From: Amoebidium appalachense
Lineage: Eukaryota; Protista; Ichthyosporea
Direction of reading: 5' to 3'
Assembly (NCBI GenBank): GCA_963693365.1
Contig: CAVNZM010000016.1
Location: 1,805,538 to 1,869,537 of the forward strand
DNA: 64,000 nt
Translations under genes and position numbers: made by a program
The notes under the pieces: generated by a model
What the model was told of the DNA's origin: nothing
The model's input: the letters and a program-made list of their open reading frames with translations, nothing else
Database searches by the model: none
Shown here: positions 1 to 24,585 of the stretch, piece by piece
How positions within the stretch are numbered: the first letter of the stretch is position 1
Layout: each line of letters starts with the position of its first letter

Positions 1-223
1 GGGGGGGGGGGGGGGAGGGAGAGGGACGGGGGTGGGGGAGGAGTGTGTGCATGGGTGGCGAGTTGAAGGGGGAGGGGGGATGGGGTGGGGTGGGGTGAAG
101 GAAGGGGGCGGGGGCGGAAGGGTTGGGGTGGGGTGGAGGAAGGAGGGGGAGAGGGGGGAGAGGTAGGGGAAAGAGGGGAAAGTCTATCTGCACGTGTGTA
201 GCGGAGAGGGGGTGGGGGGTGGT

Positions 224-274
<51 letters not shown>

Positions 275-912
275 GAATGTGTTACGTAGTAGGAGAAATA
301 CACATTATCGACGGGCAACACAATGCAAGGTTCTGCCAAGCACGCAAAAGAACATCTATCACAAGCAGAGCCCATTCTCTGGAAAGGGGGGAAGGCCCAG
401 TGTATGCGTTGGGTATGTGTGTTCGTGTGTGTGTTCGTGTGTGTTCGTGTGTGTGCGTGTGTGCATGCGGGTGTAAGGCATGCATTCGAGGGAGGGGGAA
501 AAAGGATTTGTCATGGAGCCTCAGAGCAGGGGAACCGAACCGAATGAGGAGAAGGGTGTGTGGGTAGGTGGCAGATACAGAGGTTCATAGTCGCTCATGT
601 GAAATGATACGCAACTACAAAACCTAACAGCACCAGAGTCTAGTATGAACGGCATTCTAAAACTTACACATTCCCCCTCCTCCCCCCACCCCAGCCCCCG
701 CCCTCCTGACCCTTCTCTACACCCCCTTCCATCCCCCCCCCCCCCCCCCCTTCATGTACACACGCTCATGTGCATACCCACCCACCCACCCATCCACCCC
801 CCCCCCCCCCCCCCCCCTTCCCCTTGCCCTCCCTTCCTTCCTCCCCTCCCCTCCCCCCTCCCCAACTCCCCTCCCTCCCCCCCCCCCCACAAACACTTTC
901 TCCCTCACTCAC

Positions 913-1171
913 CTTGACCGCAACATTTGCGCCCGTAACCTTATTTGTTGCAGCCTTCACAATACCAAACTGTCCACCCCCCAGCATCCCATTAGGCACC
1001 AGCTCAAAATCATCCAGGAGGTTCGTGCCATATTGGTGCTGGCGGGGGGGACGGGGCGGGGGTACGTCGGAGGGTGGGGCCGTGGAGGTGGGGGGAGGGA
1101 AGAGGGGCGGGTGTTGCCGGCCCGTCTTTCTTTTCCGGCTGCTTGCCGAGCAGTTGCTTGATTTTGTGCAT
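913..1171 (-). CDS. First coding exon of a protein kinase D-like (CAMK group) Ser/Thr kinase, subdomains I-II; no further minus-strand exon found within the window
   Basis: GCTGCC-ATG at 1171 gives MHKIKQLLGKQPEKKDGPATPAP..., then ...DDFELVPNGMLGGGQFGIVKAATNKVTGANVAVK, followed by a GTGAGT donor at 912. GxGQFGIV and VAVK match the PKD N-lobe (LGSGQFGIVY...VAIK). The exon is 259 nt and needs one frameshift, probably a homopolymer error in the G run near 1090-1095. Confidence 0.8.
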
Positions 1172-1578
1172 GGCAGCGGACTTGTGGGAAAGAGAGGGGG
1201 AGGGAGGGGAGAGGGGCAGGGGGGAGGGGAGAGGAGGAGGGGGGAGGGGAAGAGGAGGGAAGGGCCGGAGGGGGGGGGGGGGGGGGGGGGAGGGCAGGGG
1301 AGGGAGGAAGGAGGGAAGCGGGCAAGGTTGGAATGAGTTACAGAGTATAAGGTACACATCTGCGACGGACAGCACGGGGGTGGGAGGGAGGGGAGGGTGG
1401 GCTTGAGTATGCAAAACTGGGTACGAACGAATCATTCATGAGGACAACACGATGATGATTTTGCAGAACACACACATTGTGAATCATAAGTAGAGCCCAT
1501 TGCCCGGAAAGGGGGGGGAACGGGGCAAGTCATCCACAGTGGCCAAGTTTGGAAAAGTCGGTGTGTGTGGGTGTGTGT

Positions 1579-1634
<56 letters not shown>

Positions 1635-1866
1635 TAAAATGTGCCACAGAGGATGAAGCACACACAGAAGTTGCAGAGCACACATAAAGAGTATGTGTCA
1701 TAAGTAGCAGATTCCGGGGGCGGGGTGGGGTGGGGGGGGGGGGGGGGGGGGGGGGGGGAGTTGAAGTCATCCACCGTACCCGACTTCCCATTCAGGGGGG
1801 CAGGGGTAGGGGAAACAAATGGGTGCGCGCGCGCGCGCGCGAGTGTGTGTGTGTGTGTGTGTCTGT

Positions 1867-1948
<82 letters not shown>

Positions 1949-2488
1949 GTGTGCATGTATATGTGTGTGTGTATCTGTGGCTTGTGTCGTGCAATAAACC
2001 CATCTATGGTTGTGCCATGGTGAAACAACAAATAAGCATCTGAGAGGTGAAAGAGTTGTGTATATGATAGGGAGCAGAGCTAGAATATGTAAGAGGATCA
2101 GGGGAGATCAAGCTTTGAGGGGGGGGGGGCAGGAGGAAACGAGGACACAATGCAGGGCGGAACGGGAAGAAGAGGGGGGGGGGGGGGGAGGGGAGGGGGG
2201 GGGGGGGGGGGGGGGGGCAAGGGGCCGGTAATAAGCCAAAAGTTACAGGCATCACATGGCATACTAAGTGTGCTATTCCTGGGCGAAAATGTCAACAGTA
2301 TGTGGGAGCAGGAAGGAGGGGAGGGGGGGGGGGGGGGGGGGGGGGGGGGTCCTTGTGTGTGCTTGTGCGTGTGTGCGCGCGCACGTGCCTGTGTGTTTGT
2401 GCGTGTGTGTGTGGGTGTATGTGTGCGTATGTGCATGTGTGCGCGCGGGTGCTAGAACTGCTGTGCATGTGCATTGGGACAGTGCATT

Positions 2489-2630
<142 letters not shown>

Positions 2631-2861
2631 GGAAGTTGACGGCACATACAGGTGTAAATGTGTCATATAAACGCACTGCCAGTTTCACAAAATACACGTG
2701 CACCGGCAACACACAAGAACCAAACTGTTAAGAAATACGGAAACCCAAAAACCTTCTTCAGATACAGGACAAAAAGAAAAAGGCAGCATTAATTGGATCA
2801 CAATTAACGACACGTGAGCCAGCCAAACACACATGCAAGCACATGCGCGCGCGTGCGCACG

Positions 2862-2949
<88 letters not shown>

Positions 2950-2954
2950 CACCC

Positions 2955-3006
<52 letters not shown>

Positions 3007-5257
3007 CACGCATGCACACACGCACAAACACACACAGCATCAGCACACCCAGCAGAAGGTGTGCCTCCTTACATACACAACTGCTAACACACGCACACAG
3101 ATACTGCCCCCCCCCCTCCCCCCTCCCACCTCCTCCCGTCTTCATCCCTCCGTCTTCTCTCTGTCTATATCCCTTCTCCCCCAACCCCATCCCACCCGCC
3201 CCTTCTCCCTTCCCCCACTCCCCTCCCCCCTCCCCCCCCCCCCCCCCCCCCCAAACACACAAGCACACACAGACAAACAGACAACCACACACCGCTTCAA
3301 CCAATCGAGCCATTCACGAGCCCCCGTACCAGTATAGCGCGCACAAACCCTTATGCTGCAACAAAAATTCATCTGAATACGTTCCTTTCCCTGTAGCTCA
3401 TTCAAGAGCAAAAGAGACTGACCTTTGTGTGTGCAGACTGAGATGCTAAACACAGTGATAAATGACTCGAAATGATTGGAAAAAAGGAAAGGAAACGCAA
3501 CAATAGCTCACCTTTAACAATGTGCCAACTACTGAAGTTTCTGACGTATCTCCTGATAGTGAGGAGAATACAACTCAAACCAGCCTCACCAATGTAAATA
3601 TGTTCTCTGAGTGACAGAAATCAAAGCACATCAACATGAGCAAGAGAGAGCTAGGCTACACATGTGTACTGAAAATAGTGCCTGTAAACCAACACTATTT
3701 AGCATTGCACTAACAATAGTTTTTATGACAGTTCTTTCAGGGTATCATTTATCGCATCTACCCTACACTCTTCAAACCCTTCTACCCTCTATAAGTTCTC
3801 TTTTCACTTCTTTTCTTTTTCAGCTGCCTTTTTTTTTTTTTTTTTTTTTTTTTTGGTGAACTTGCCTGTGGCGATCACGGCCTGCCAACAAAATTTGCAA
3901 TCCAGCGCTGGGCAGCCAATAGTCTTCGAGCAAATGACGTCATATATATTTTAAAAGCAGGCGCAAAAAGTCTAGACATAACACTCATAGTGCACACAAT
4001 GTAGACTACATTAGGCCATAGGTTTCAGTTTTTGAGCGACAAATACAGCCCATGATTTGTATGCAATGGTATTGGCCTTGTGGTTAAAGCATATAAACCC
4101 GAATAAATCTGTGTTGCTTTGGGCCAATCCAACGCAAGTCGAAAAACGCGGTGTTGCCAATTCAGTCCTAAAAGTGTGAGATGGCCAAAAGCACCCGTTC
4201 TGCACACGTTTTGTTTTTTTGCAAGGTTAATGTGACGTAAGGAATAGTCAACACTAGGAGAATGACTGCCTAGAGTCTAGGGAAATTACAAGGACATATT
4301 AGGTCGCCCTGGGCCTGGAATGACTCGGAATACATAGTGCAGTTGTGCATATCATAATCACTCTCATCATCACACGGTTGACGATGCACGCGTGATCGAG
4401 GGCTCGAGGAGATCGCGTGTGTGACGTGTGCTTGCTTTATGTCCACGTCTTTTCGGGCTACTAGCCCCTATCACTACTTAGTGTATACGTAGAAATGTGG
4501 AGCATTACAAACCCCCTCAGGACCTCTCCCTCCCCTCCTCAGCGCACCCACAAGATGCTCATGACCCGGTGTTAATTATCAGGCTCCACCCCCCCCCCCT
4601 CCGGCCCCCCCCCCCCCCCCCCTTCCCCCCCCCCTTCCCGGGCCCCCCTCCCTTCTTCCCCCGACGACTGGGGAATCCTCGGCTCCATCTGGATCCCCCC
4701 CCCCCCCCCCCCCTCCCCCCCTCCCCGCCCCCAGCAACAACACACTGGACACGTGCAACTACTGCACATGTCATACACACATAATTCTTCCCTGCCGCAT
4801 CATGTATAGGTAATGGGGGCTGATGACTCGGGGGATACATGGGTGGGAGGAGCTAGGGAAGCCCAGAACGCAACAGGATCCAATAATACCGTGTTGCGAA
4901 ATACTTGGTGATAGCAGTTAATGTTTACACATGCGCAAACGCAACCAAAGCAGGGCGGTTTGGAATCGGACCATCATGGACTCACTATAAAAACTAAAAC
5001 GCTCAATAAGTGTTACTAAAAAAACTAAAAAACTAAAGTGTTACACATCACGCCCGTAATCGGGAGACTCGGAGACCACCATGCGAACTCAACGTCTCCA
5101 AATGCAATGTTTCATATGTTGCCCATTAGACATGCACATATCGTGAACCCCGGGCGCTTAGCACGGACAACACGCATTCAACGACATTCAGACATGTATT
5201 TATTGGAAAAAACACTAGCTGGAGCGGCATAGCTGTTTGCCTGCACACACCCCCCCC

Positions 5258-5294
<37 letters not shown>

Positions 5295-6099
5295 TTCAGC
5301 TCCCCCTTCCCCCTGTCTTCACACCCTCCTTCCGTTGGCACCTCTAAGCAACAGGAAACTTTCCTCAGGCTGAGGCCCCGGCAAGAGCACAATGTTATGT
5401 TCATGTGAATACCCGTCCATTCAAACAAACTTACACCAGAAGTATTGCCAAGACTTCAATCAGTGCAAAATCTATCGTAAAATCCACTGTGATAAATATC
5501 TATGATACATAGTGAGTGTGCATATATATAAAAAGTTTTTATAAAACTAAAAAAAAGTAGAAAAATACTTGTATCATAGAGTACTTGGCCACCCATTACA
5601 GTTATAATTACTATTTCAAACATGCATCATTCAAGTCTACTTCTAGTTTAACTTATGTTCCTCCAAAATCATGGACGCAATTATTTAGCCAGCACGGCAA
5701 CTTGCAGCACAGGTGGTGGGGCAACTACTGCCCCTACATTAGTTTTTGATTACAAGTTACATTTCATCGTTAAAACCCAGCCAATGTGAGTACACGTATA
5801 TACATCCCAGCGATAGAAATGTACTTATGTGCGCGCACGCATGTGTGTGTGCTGACATGTGACAGTGTGGTATTGGTTGCTCTGGAAAAGTTAGGGCACA
5901 TGTTGGAGACATAGATGTGTGTTTGCATATGCGAAAAAGTGTGTGTGTGTGTGCAAGTGTGTTTTTTGTGTGTACTAGCTAGCTCAGTGAGAAAGGGAAT
6001 GTAGCCGCGTTGTGCGTCACGCCCGCTGCTTCATCCCTTGATGTAATTTTCTGGCTGGAAAACACCCGGGCAGCCAATCCTCTGCTCCAACACCTTCAG

Positions 6100-16924
<10,825 letters not shown>

Positions 16925-16925
16925 T

Positions 16926-17250
16926 GTTAGGTTTTTAGGCTGACACCCTTTGTTTGGGAATGGGTTTTTAGGCTAACGCACTTGTTTGGGAATGGGATTT
17001 TAGGCTAACGCACTTGTTTGGGAATGGGTTTTATGACTGCCACTCATTTTTTGCATGTTTGGGTTAGGTATTTAGGATGTTTTGGGTAGGTTTGTAGGTT
17101 GACATTCATGTTTGGAGTAGGTTTTTGGAATGTTTAGGTTGGGTTTCTGGCTGACACTCCTGTTCGCGATGAATTTTTGGGGTGACGTTTTCAGGTTGGG
17201 TTTTTGGTGTGTTTGGGTGAAGTTTTTAGGCTGACGTTAGGCTGACACTG
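16926..17250 (+). repeat. Degenerate ~31-bp minisatellite immediately 3' of the kinase stop codon
   Basis: Unit TGTTTGGGAATGGGTTTTTAGGCTAACGCACT: about three near-perfect copies plus decayed copies. Confidence 0.75.
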
Positions 17251-17477
17251 TTGTCGCCACTTCAACAAACGTGTCCTACACCTCATTTGAGATGTTCGAC
17301 CTGGCTTTTTGTTTTTGTTCTTTTCGTTGTCTTTCTTCTTCCTTTTCCATGTCTCTCTTTTCCTCTCTGTTGTTGTTGTTGTAGTTATTTTGTTTTATCG
17401 GTTGGTGTTCGAAGAGTCTTATATCAATACTAACTCAGAGCAACACAAGGCTTTTCTTTTATGGTGGTGGTGGTGGT

Positions 17478-17520
<43 letters not shown>

Positions 17521-17889
17521 ATTTTGTTTCGGCAGACTGCGGCTATAATATGCTTAAGATACCTATTTTTAGGATGTAAGCGCATAATTTTGATTGGCCG
17601 CCGCTGCTTAGTTGGTTTATTATAGCGGATATGATCCCGCCACGAGAACTATTTGTAGATAGCATCTTAGATATGTTGAAATTCAGTTCGTCTATCTAGC
17701 AGAACTGCTGAATGACTGCCCCAGGAAGGCGGTTCCAAGAATCCAGATAGCACCTAGATATGTGAAAATTCCACTGGAGCTATCTAACACACCTCCGATA
17801 CTGGGAAGGGGGGTGGCAAGTAAATATCGAATCGTAATACGGACTGTTCAAAAGTATTGGAAACATCGACACCAAAAAGACGCATGTCA

Positions 17890-17930
<41 letters not shown>

Positions 17931-18251
17931 CAACACCGGCCACCACCCCCACCACCAAAAAAAATAAAAAAAATAAAAAATGTCCGAATTGATTGGACAA
18001 ATCCATTTATTAACTTATTCTTCGGCCGTCTGATTGGGCCACAATGGTTATGTGGCCAATCAGCGGCCTGGTAGAGGAGGCTTATTGGTAAATAAGTCGA
18101 CCTTAGATCGGTCGTCTATTAGCATATTCCCCGTCGCCTCCTCTCTCATCGCCCACCCTCCCGCCCGCACATATTTTCTTTTCCCATCGCAGCTTTCAAG
18201 CTTATTTCGACACACACACACATACACACGCACGCACGCACGCACGCACGA

Positions 18252-18315
<64 letters not shown>

Positions 18316-18412
18316 ACACGCACGCGTGCACACACACACACATGTGCACACACGCACACCGCACACACGCCTGCGCGCGCAGACGCACATAACATATATC
18401 TGCACACGGGCA

Positions 18413-18456
<44 letters not shown>

Positions 18457-18711
18457 TGTGTGTGTGTCTGGGGGTGTGTGCTCCCTCGGTAGCAATAGCT
18501 TCTAGTGGATTCGGTCCAGTGGGCCGAATCAGTTTTGTGTATTGTGGGACGATTCGATCCGGTATTGTGGAGTGTGAGTCGAGCCAATAAAGCAATGAAA
18601 GCAAGTATAAGTTATAAATAAGTAAATAAATAAATAAATAAATAAATATATCCTGATATATATATGAACATTCAAAAAAAAATTTAAAAAAAATGGATTG
18701 GTAGCTCACGT

Positions 18712-18753
<42 letters not shown>

Positions 18754-19562
18754 TGACACCCACTCAGGCCCACACCCACAACCATACCCACAGACATACA
18801 GACACACACAAACACACACATACACCCCGGATATTCATTGCCCACATGCACGCACGCACGCATGCACACTCACAAACCCGCACACACGCACACGCGCAAT
18901 GTCACACCTTTAATTTAAGTGTGCACAGTAGCACATACACAAGAAACCCATATACACGTGCTCGCAAACACACGCACATCCGGACACTGACACGCATGCG
19001 AGCACACACTAAGATGCACGCTTCCGCACCCACATCACACAACACTCACACACACACTTTTCTAACCACTGAACTACAATCTTACATGACCACAAGTGGG
19101 CCGGGGTCCGAACAAAGGAGGTACAAATGATTTGCACGAAAATTCGTAAAACACATGCGGCCAATCAGAAATTTGCTTTATTACACAAATCACAAACCCA
19201 CACTGCCTGCAGCGTGCAGTCACCCACGGCCACAGCTCCCTCACAGTTACCGTGCAGGCCCTGCTTATTGGACGCTTGGTACATACCTTGACCATATATG
19301 GTGAAAATTGCATGACTGGATCATTAATGAAAAGCGTGAACGTAACCTGCCTAGTATCTACTTGCACACACTTTAACAAGTAATGTGATAGAATGGAAAT
19401 GGGAGAGGCACCAAAAACGAAATCCAACCCGTTTCGTCAGTCAAAACCTATATATGACGGGTACATTAACCTCCCACAATAGATTTTAACTTTTATACCA
19501 TACAATAAACCAACAGTGGGTTGAGTTCCTGCCCAGCCAATGGGAGCAGTCCGTTCATCCAC

Positions 19563-20003
19563 TTAGTCCTCCAGCTCGGGGGGCATGTCTGCAGAAACAA
19601 AAACTTGTTAAGGGGGGTTTCTTTTGGGAATCCGGGTCGGGTCAGAACCGTAATCGATTTACGCTTTGTGATTGGCTAGATGCGCATCAAATAGCATTTT
19701 GCCCAAATCCGAACGGGTCAATAAATCGGCCTAAATGAAGTCTCCTTCAAATTTCATTAAAATAAAACCTGAATTCCAGAAAGGGGAGAAGACAAAGAAA
19801 AAAAAGAAAAGGAGAGAAAATAATAGATGAAGAGGAAGGAGGAAGAAAGAAAACCAAACACCCACTCTTCCCTTATTCACACCTGTCCTAAACACGCACA
19901 AGTGATCAGACGCAGTTCGGGTGTATCCCTCTTTGGGGGGAGGGGGGGGAAAATCCGGAACACGGTGTCGGGCTTCACTTTCCCCCCCCCCCCCCCCCCC
20001 CCC

Positions 20004-20037
<34 letters not shown>

Positions 20038-20830
20038 TACACGATGAGAAACACGGCGCAAGGAGCAGAATACATAATAGATGCCAGAGCACACAGGCAT
20101 GTATCAAACATATGCAGTGCCCATCGCCGGGAGGAGGGGGGGGGGGGGGGGGGGGGGATCAACATGTTTCATGCATCCCCAGTTAAATGTTTAATCACAC
20201 TACATTACATACACATTCAGACGTGCACACACCCACCACACATACACATACGCATACACAAACACAATTCCACACATACACACACGCACGCGCCCGCGAC
20301 CGTGCATACTAACACAAGAACACAAGCACACACCACGGAGGAGACAGGGGAATGTATGGAGAGGTGGGAGGAGGGGGAGAGTTTGTGTGTGTGTGGGTGT
20401 GTGGGTGGGTGTGTGTGTGGGTCGAGTGAGGGGTGGGGGTGGGTGGGTGTGTGTGTGTGTGTAGGGGGAGGGGGGGGGGGGGGGGTTTGAATGCGTCAAA
20501 AAGTACGAAGTACACAAGAACAAACGGATAACACGATGCAGAATGCAAGCCATACATAAAGAGTATGCATAATAAGCAGAGCCCATCCTCAGAGGGGGGG
20601 GGGGGGGGGGGGGGGGATATGCCATATCCAGGATACAAAGTTCACATGCACAGCAAAAAAAAAAAAAAAAAAAAAAAAATCGTGATACGAATGTGCAACA
20701 AAAAACAGACACACAAGTCATGAAACATCCCCCCCGGAGGGGGGAAGGGGGAAAAGGGGGGAAAGGGGATGGGGGGGTACACACCATCCTCATCGTCTTC
20801 GTCCTCAGCGTCCTGAGGGACCAGATGTGC

Positions 20831-20868
<38 letters not shown>

Positions 20869-21194
20869 GTGTGCTTGGGTTGTGTGCATTCGTGTTTGTG
20901 AGTGTCCGTGTTTGTGTGTGTGTGTGTTGTGTGTGCACACGCGTGCTTGTGTGTGTTATTGTGTGTGTGATTGTGTGGCGCGCACATGCAAGCTCGTCTG
21001 TGTGTGTGTGTGTGTGTGTGTGTGATCTGCCAGCGTGTCGATGGGAGGGAGGGAGAAGGGAGAGAGAGGGGGGGGGGGGGGGGGGGGGGGGACATTTCGT
21101 CAGCATTGGATTAGGACAACAAGACTGTGGCTTCAACAATCATTACTGCCTGAGCATGCTCTTGATAAACATGCATGTGTGTGTTTGTGTATGT

Positions 21195-21247
<53 letters not shown>

Positions 21248-21358
21248 TGTATCTCACTCTCTCTCTCTCTCCCTCCCTCTCTCTCTACCCTCCCCCCCCC
21301 CCCCCTCTCTGTGTGTATGTGTCTGAGCGGTTTTAGTTGTGGCTGGAAGAGCCAGAAG

Positions 21359-21405
<47 letters not shown>

Positions 21406-21488
21406 CTCCCCCCCCTCCCTTTCCCCACAAAGAGAAAACACCTTTTTCTCCCCCCGGCCCCTGCGTTGATAATGTTGTTGAGTTTGGC

Positions 21489-21575
<87 letters not shown>

Positions 21576-21850
21576 TGTGCACGCTTGTGTGTGGGGTGGT
21601 TCTTATGTGTGACAGAGTACGAAATCCACTATGATCGGACGGCCAAACACAATACAGGGGTAAGATGTTGGAGCCCCCTCGGAGTGAGGGGGGAAGGGGG
21701 GGAGGGGGGGGGGGGGGGGGGGGCTTCATACCATGCCGCCTGCCCCTTGCTTCATCATGCTAGCAAAGTCCATCCCTCCCATGTCACCCATTCCGCCCAT
21801 CCCTCCCATACCCCCCATGCCACCGGCACCACCCATTTGCGCCAACATCT

Positions 21851-21936
<86 letters not shown>

Positions 21937-21960
21937 TGTGTGTGGGTGTGGGTGCACGCA

Positions 21961-21996
<36 letters not shown>

Positions 21997-22792
21997 TGTG
22001 TGTGCATGTGCATGTGTGTAGAACAGGGGAGGAAAGTAGAGGATTAGGGATGCCCATACTTCACAACCACAACCATAACAGGCACATACACACACACACA
22101 CACACACGACCCTCCACACCAAAACAAGCCCGTAGTCTTATTCTTCCTAAACATGAGCATAATCTCCCTCCCTCCCCCCGAACACACACACATAGGGAGA
22201 GAGGGGGCCGGGGGGGGGGGTGGGGGGTGGGGGGTGGAAGAGGGAGAGAGGGAGGGAGGGATAGAGGGAGGGAGGGAGAGGGAGACAGAGACAGGGCGGG
22301 GGAGGGAGCGAGGGGGGGGGGGAGAGAGAGGGGGGGGGGGAGGGAGGGGGGATAGAGAGAGAGAGAGAGGGGCGAGAAAGAGACCCACAGACACAGCACC
22401 CACCTATCCATCCACACATGCAGACACAAACACGCATGCGACCATCACACCACCACAGGTGCGCACACATGCACATCCACACAGACACACAGTAGCCCGC
22501 ACAACCACACCTACATAACCTCCGACATACATACACTCTCAACCCCCCTCCCCCCCCCCCCCCCAAAAAAAAAAAAAAGAAAGAAAAGAAAAGAAAAGCC
22601 CTACTCCCTTATAACAAACCAACCCCCCCCCCCCCCCCCCCTTCCTCCCCCCTCCGGGCGGCCGCCCCCAACACACACACACACACACACACGACTGCTG
22701 CAGATCCATCCCTCTCATCCCTCCCATGCCGCCCATCACCCCCGCCCCCGCCGCCCCCCTACCCTCCCCCCCTCCACACACACACACACGCG

Positions 22793-22835
<43 letters not shown>

Positions 22836-23743
22836 CTGCTGCAGATCCATCCCACCCATGCCACCCATGCCACCCATGCCACCCATCCCGCCCATCCCCC
22901 CCATGCCCCCTGGGCCCATGTCCATTTGGGGTTTCTCCTCCTCCTCATCTTCATCCTCATCCACCCACTTGTTGAAGTCCACCTGCCATTTATAGTATCA
23001 GCATCCCTCCACATGCCTAATATGGTAGGATTGCGTCTCTACATTGCCATATATGGAATCAGCAAACCTCCACACACATGCCTTAAATGGCAACATTGCG
23101 TCTACATTGCCATACTTGGTATCAATAAACCTTAACATGCCTTAAATGGTAACATTGCATCTACATTGCCATATATGGTATCAGCAAACCTTAACATGGC
23201 TTATATGGTAACATTATGTCTCTACATATATATATGGTATCAGTGAACCTTAACATCCCCCACATGCTTTATATAATAAGTTTGTCACTATATGCCCAAT
23301 GTGGTACTCAAGTCTGCAACTCCCTTACATGCGAGGCAAAAGCATGACTGCCATTTATGGTAAGCAAATATATACCTTCAATGTACGGTCAGCAGATGCA
23401 TATGTAAGGCATATTAAGCAATTGTTCAACTGCCATTTATGGTAGCAACCACAACTCCATTTTTGGTAGCGATGTGAGGCCACACATATACAGACATCTT
23501 GATGTTGCCTAAACGGGATCAATCAAGAATACTTGTCTCAGATCCAAACCTACACACCTTTCTAGATGCATCCGTGGCAGAGCATGCAACTCGGCGGGGA
23601 GACACAGGAGGGGGAGAGGGGGGAGGAGGGGGAGGCGGAGGGAGAGGGGGAGGGGGGAAGGGGGGGGAAGGGAGGGGGCAGGTTTTTTATTGTGTTACAG
23701 AGAACGAAGTACGTATTCGCGACTTCTTTTTTTTTTTTTTTTT

Positions 23744-23774
<31 letters not shown>

Positions 23775-23872
23775 GGGGGGAGGCTGGATTCACGGGTGGG
23801 ATTAAAGATCAACCACAATCTTTTGAATAGCCTTCTGGTGAATCAACCCTAAGAAGGGGGGCATGGTGGGGG

Positions 23873-23905
<33 letters not shown>

Positions 23906-24187
23906 CCGAATATCTCCCTTTTAATGAATCACCCGAAATTTGGGCCCCCCCGGGGGGGGGGGAGTTTCAATACCTTCAACCAGTGAGCCTTTGACTTCTC
24001 TTTAAGCAGGCGGGGCCAGAAGGGCCCGGGGTTGGCTTTGCGCAAAACAAGCTCCAGCCACCTGCCATTTTTGGTCTGAATGGACTTCTGCGGTGGTTGC
24101 TTTAAGGTCAGCGACACGTAAAGAAATCACAAGGTTCAAGTGTGGGCACACGTAAAGTGTGCTGTCTCCCCCCCCCCCCCCCCCCAA

Positions 24188-24219
<32 letters not shown>

Positions 24220-24519
24220 GGGGGGGGTTTGAATGCGGAACACGGTACGAAGTACGCATACACGATGAGAAGCATGGTGCAGGACACATGCAAAGGCAAA
24301 CATTCAAGTATGCAACATCAGCCATGCGCACAGTATGCGTCGGGGGGGGAGAGGGGACGTTTTGAAAAATGAACTGTATGCCGTGAATGATCGGCGAATA
24401 GAAATTTGCAGGGCAAATGTGCAAGTGCATGTCATGTGGCACTTGAACAAAACCATGCATGTCGAGGAGTAAGAGTGCGTGTACATGTGTGTGTAAAGGA
24501 ACGTGTGTTGTGGTGCACA

Positions 24520-24585
<66 letters not shown>

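Noticed and set aside
1039-1065. 27-nt GT-AG mini-intron in the kinase first exon
   Set aside because: Its length is a multiple of 3, so it does not repair the frameshift, and the sequence reads as plausible Pro-rich coding.
4811-5598. Possible element with TAATGGG...CCCATTA ends and AAAACT repeats
   Set aside because: The inverted match is only ~7 bp and there is no TSD.
16926-17250. Telomeric or CRISPR-like array
   Set aside because: It is a degenerate tandem minisatellite with no unique spacers and no pure telomeric repeat. The same applies to the 23.0-kb and 53.4-kb repeats. No cas genes, and the context is eukaryotic.
19074-19427. 117-aa minus-strand ORF downstream of p23
   Set aside because: No true ATG start, no recognisable motif, and it probably overlaps 3'-UTR/intergenic sequence.
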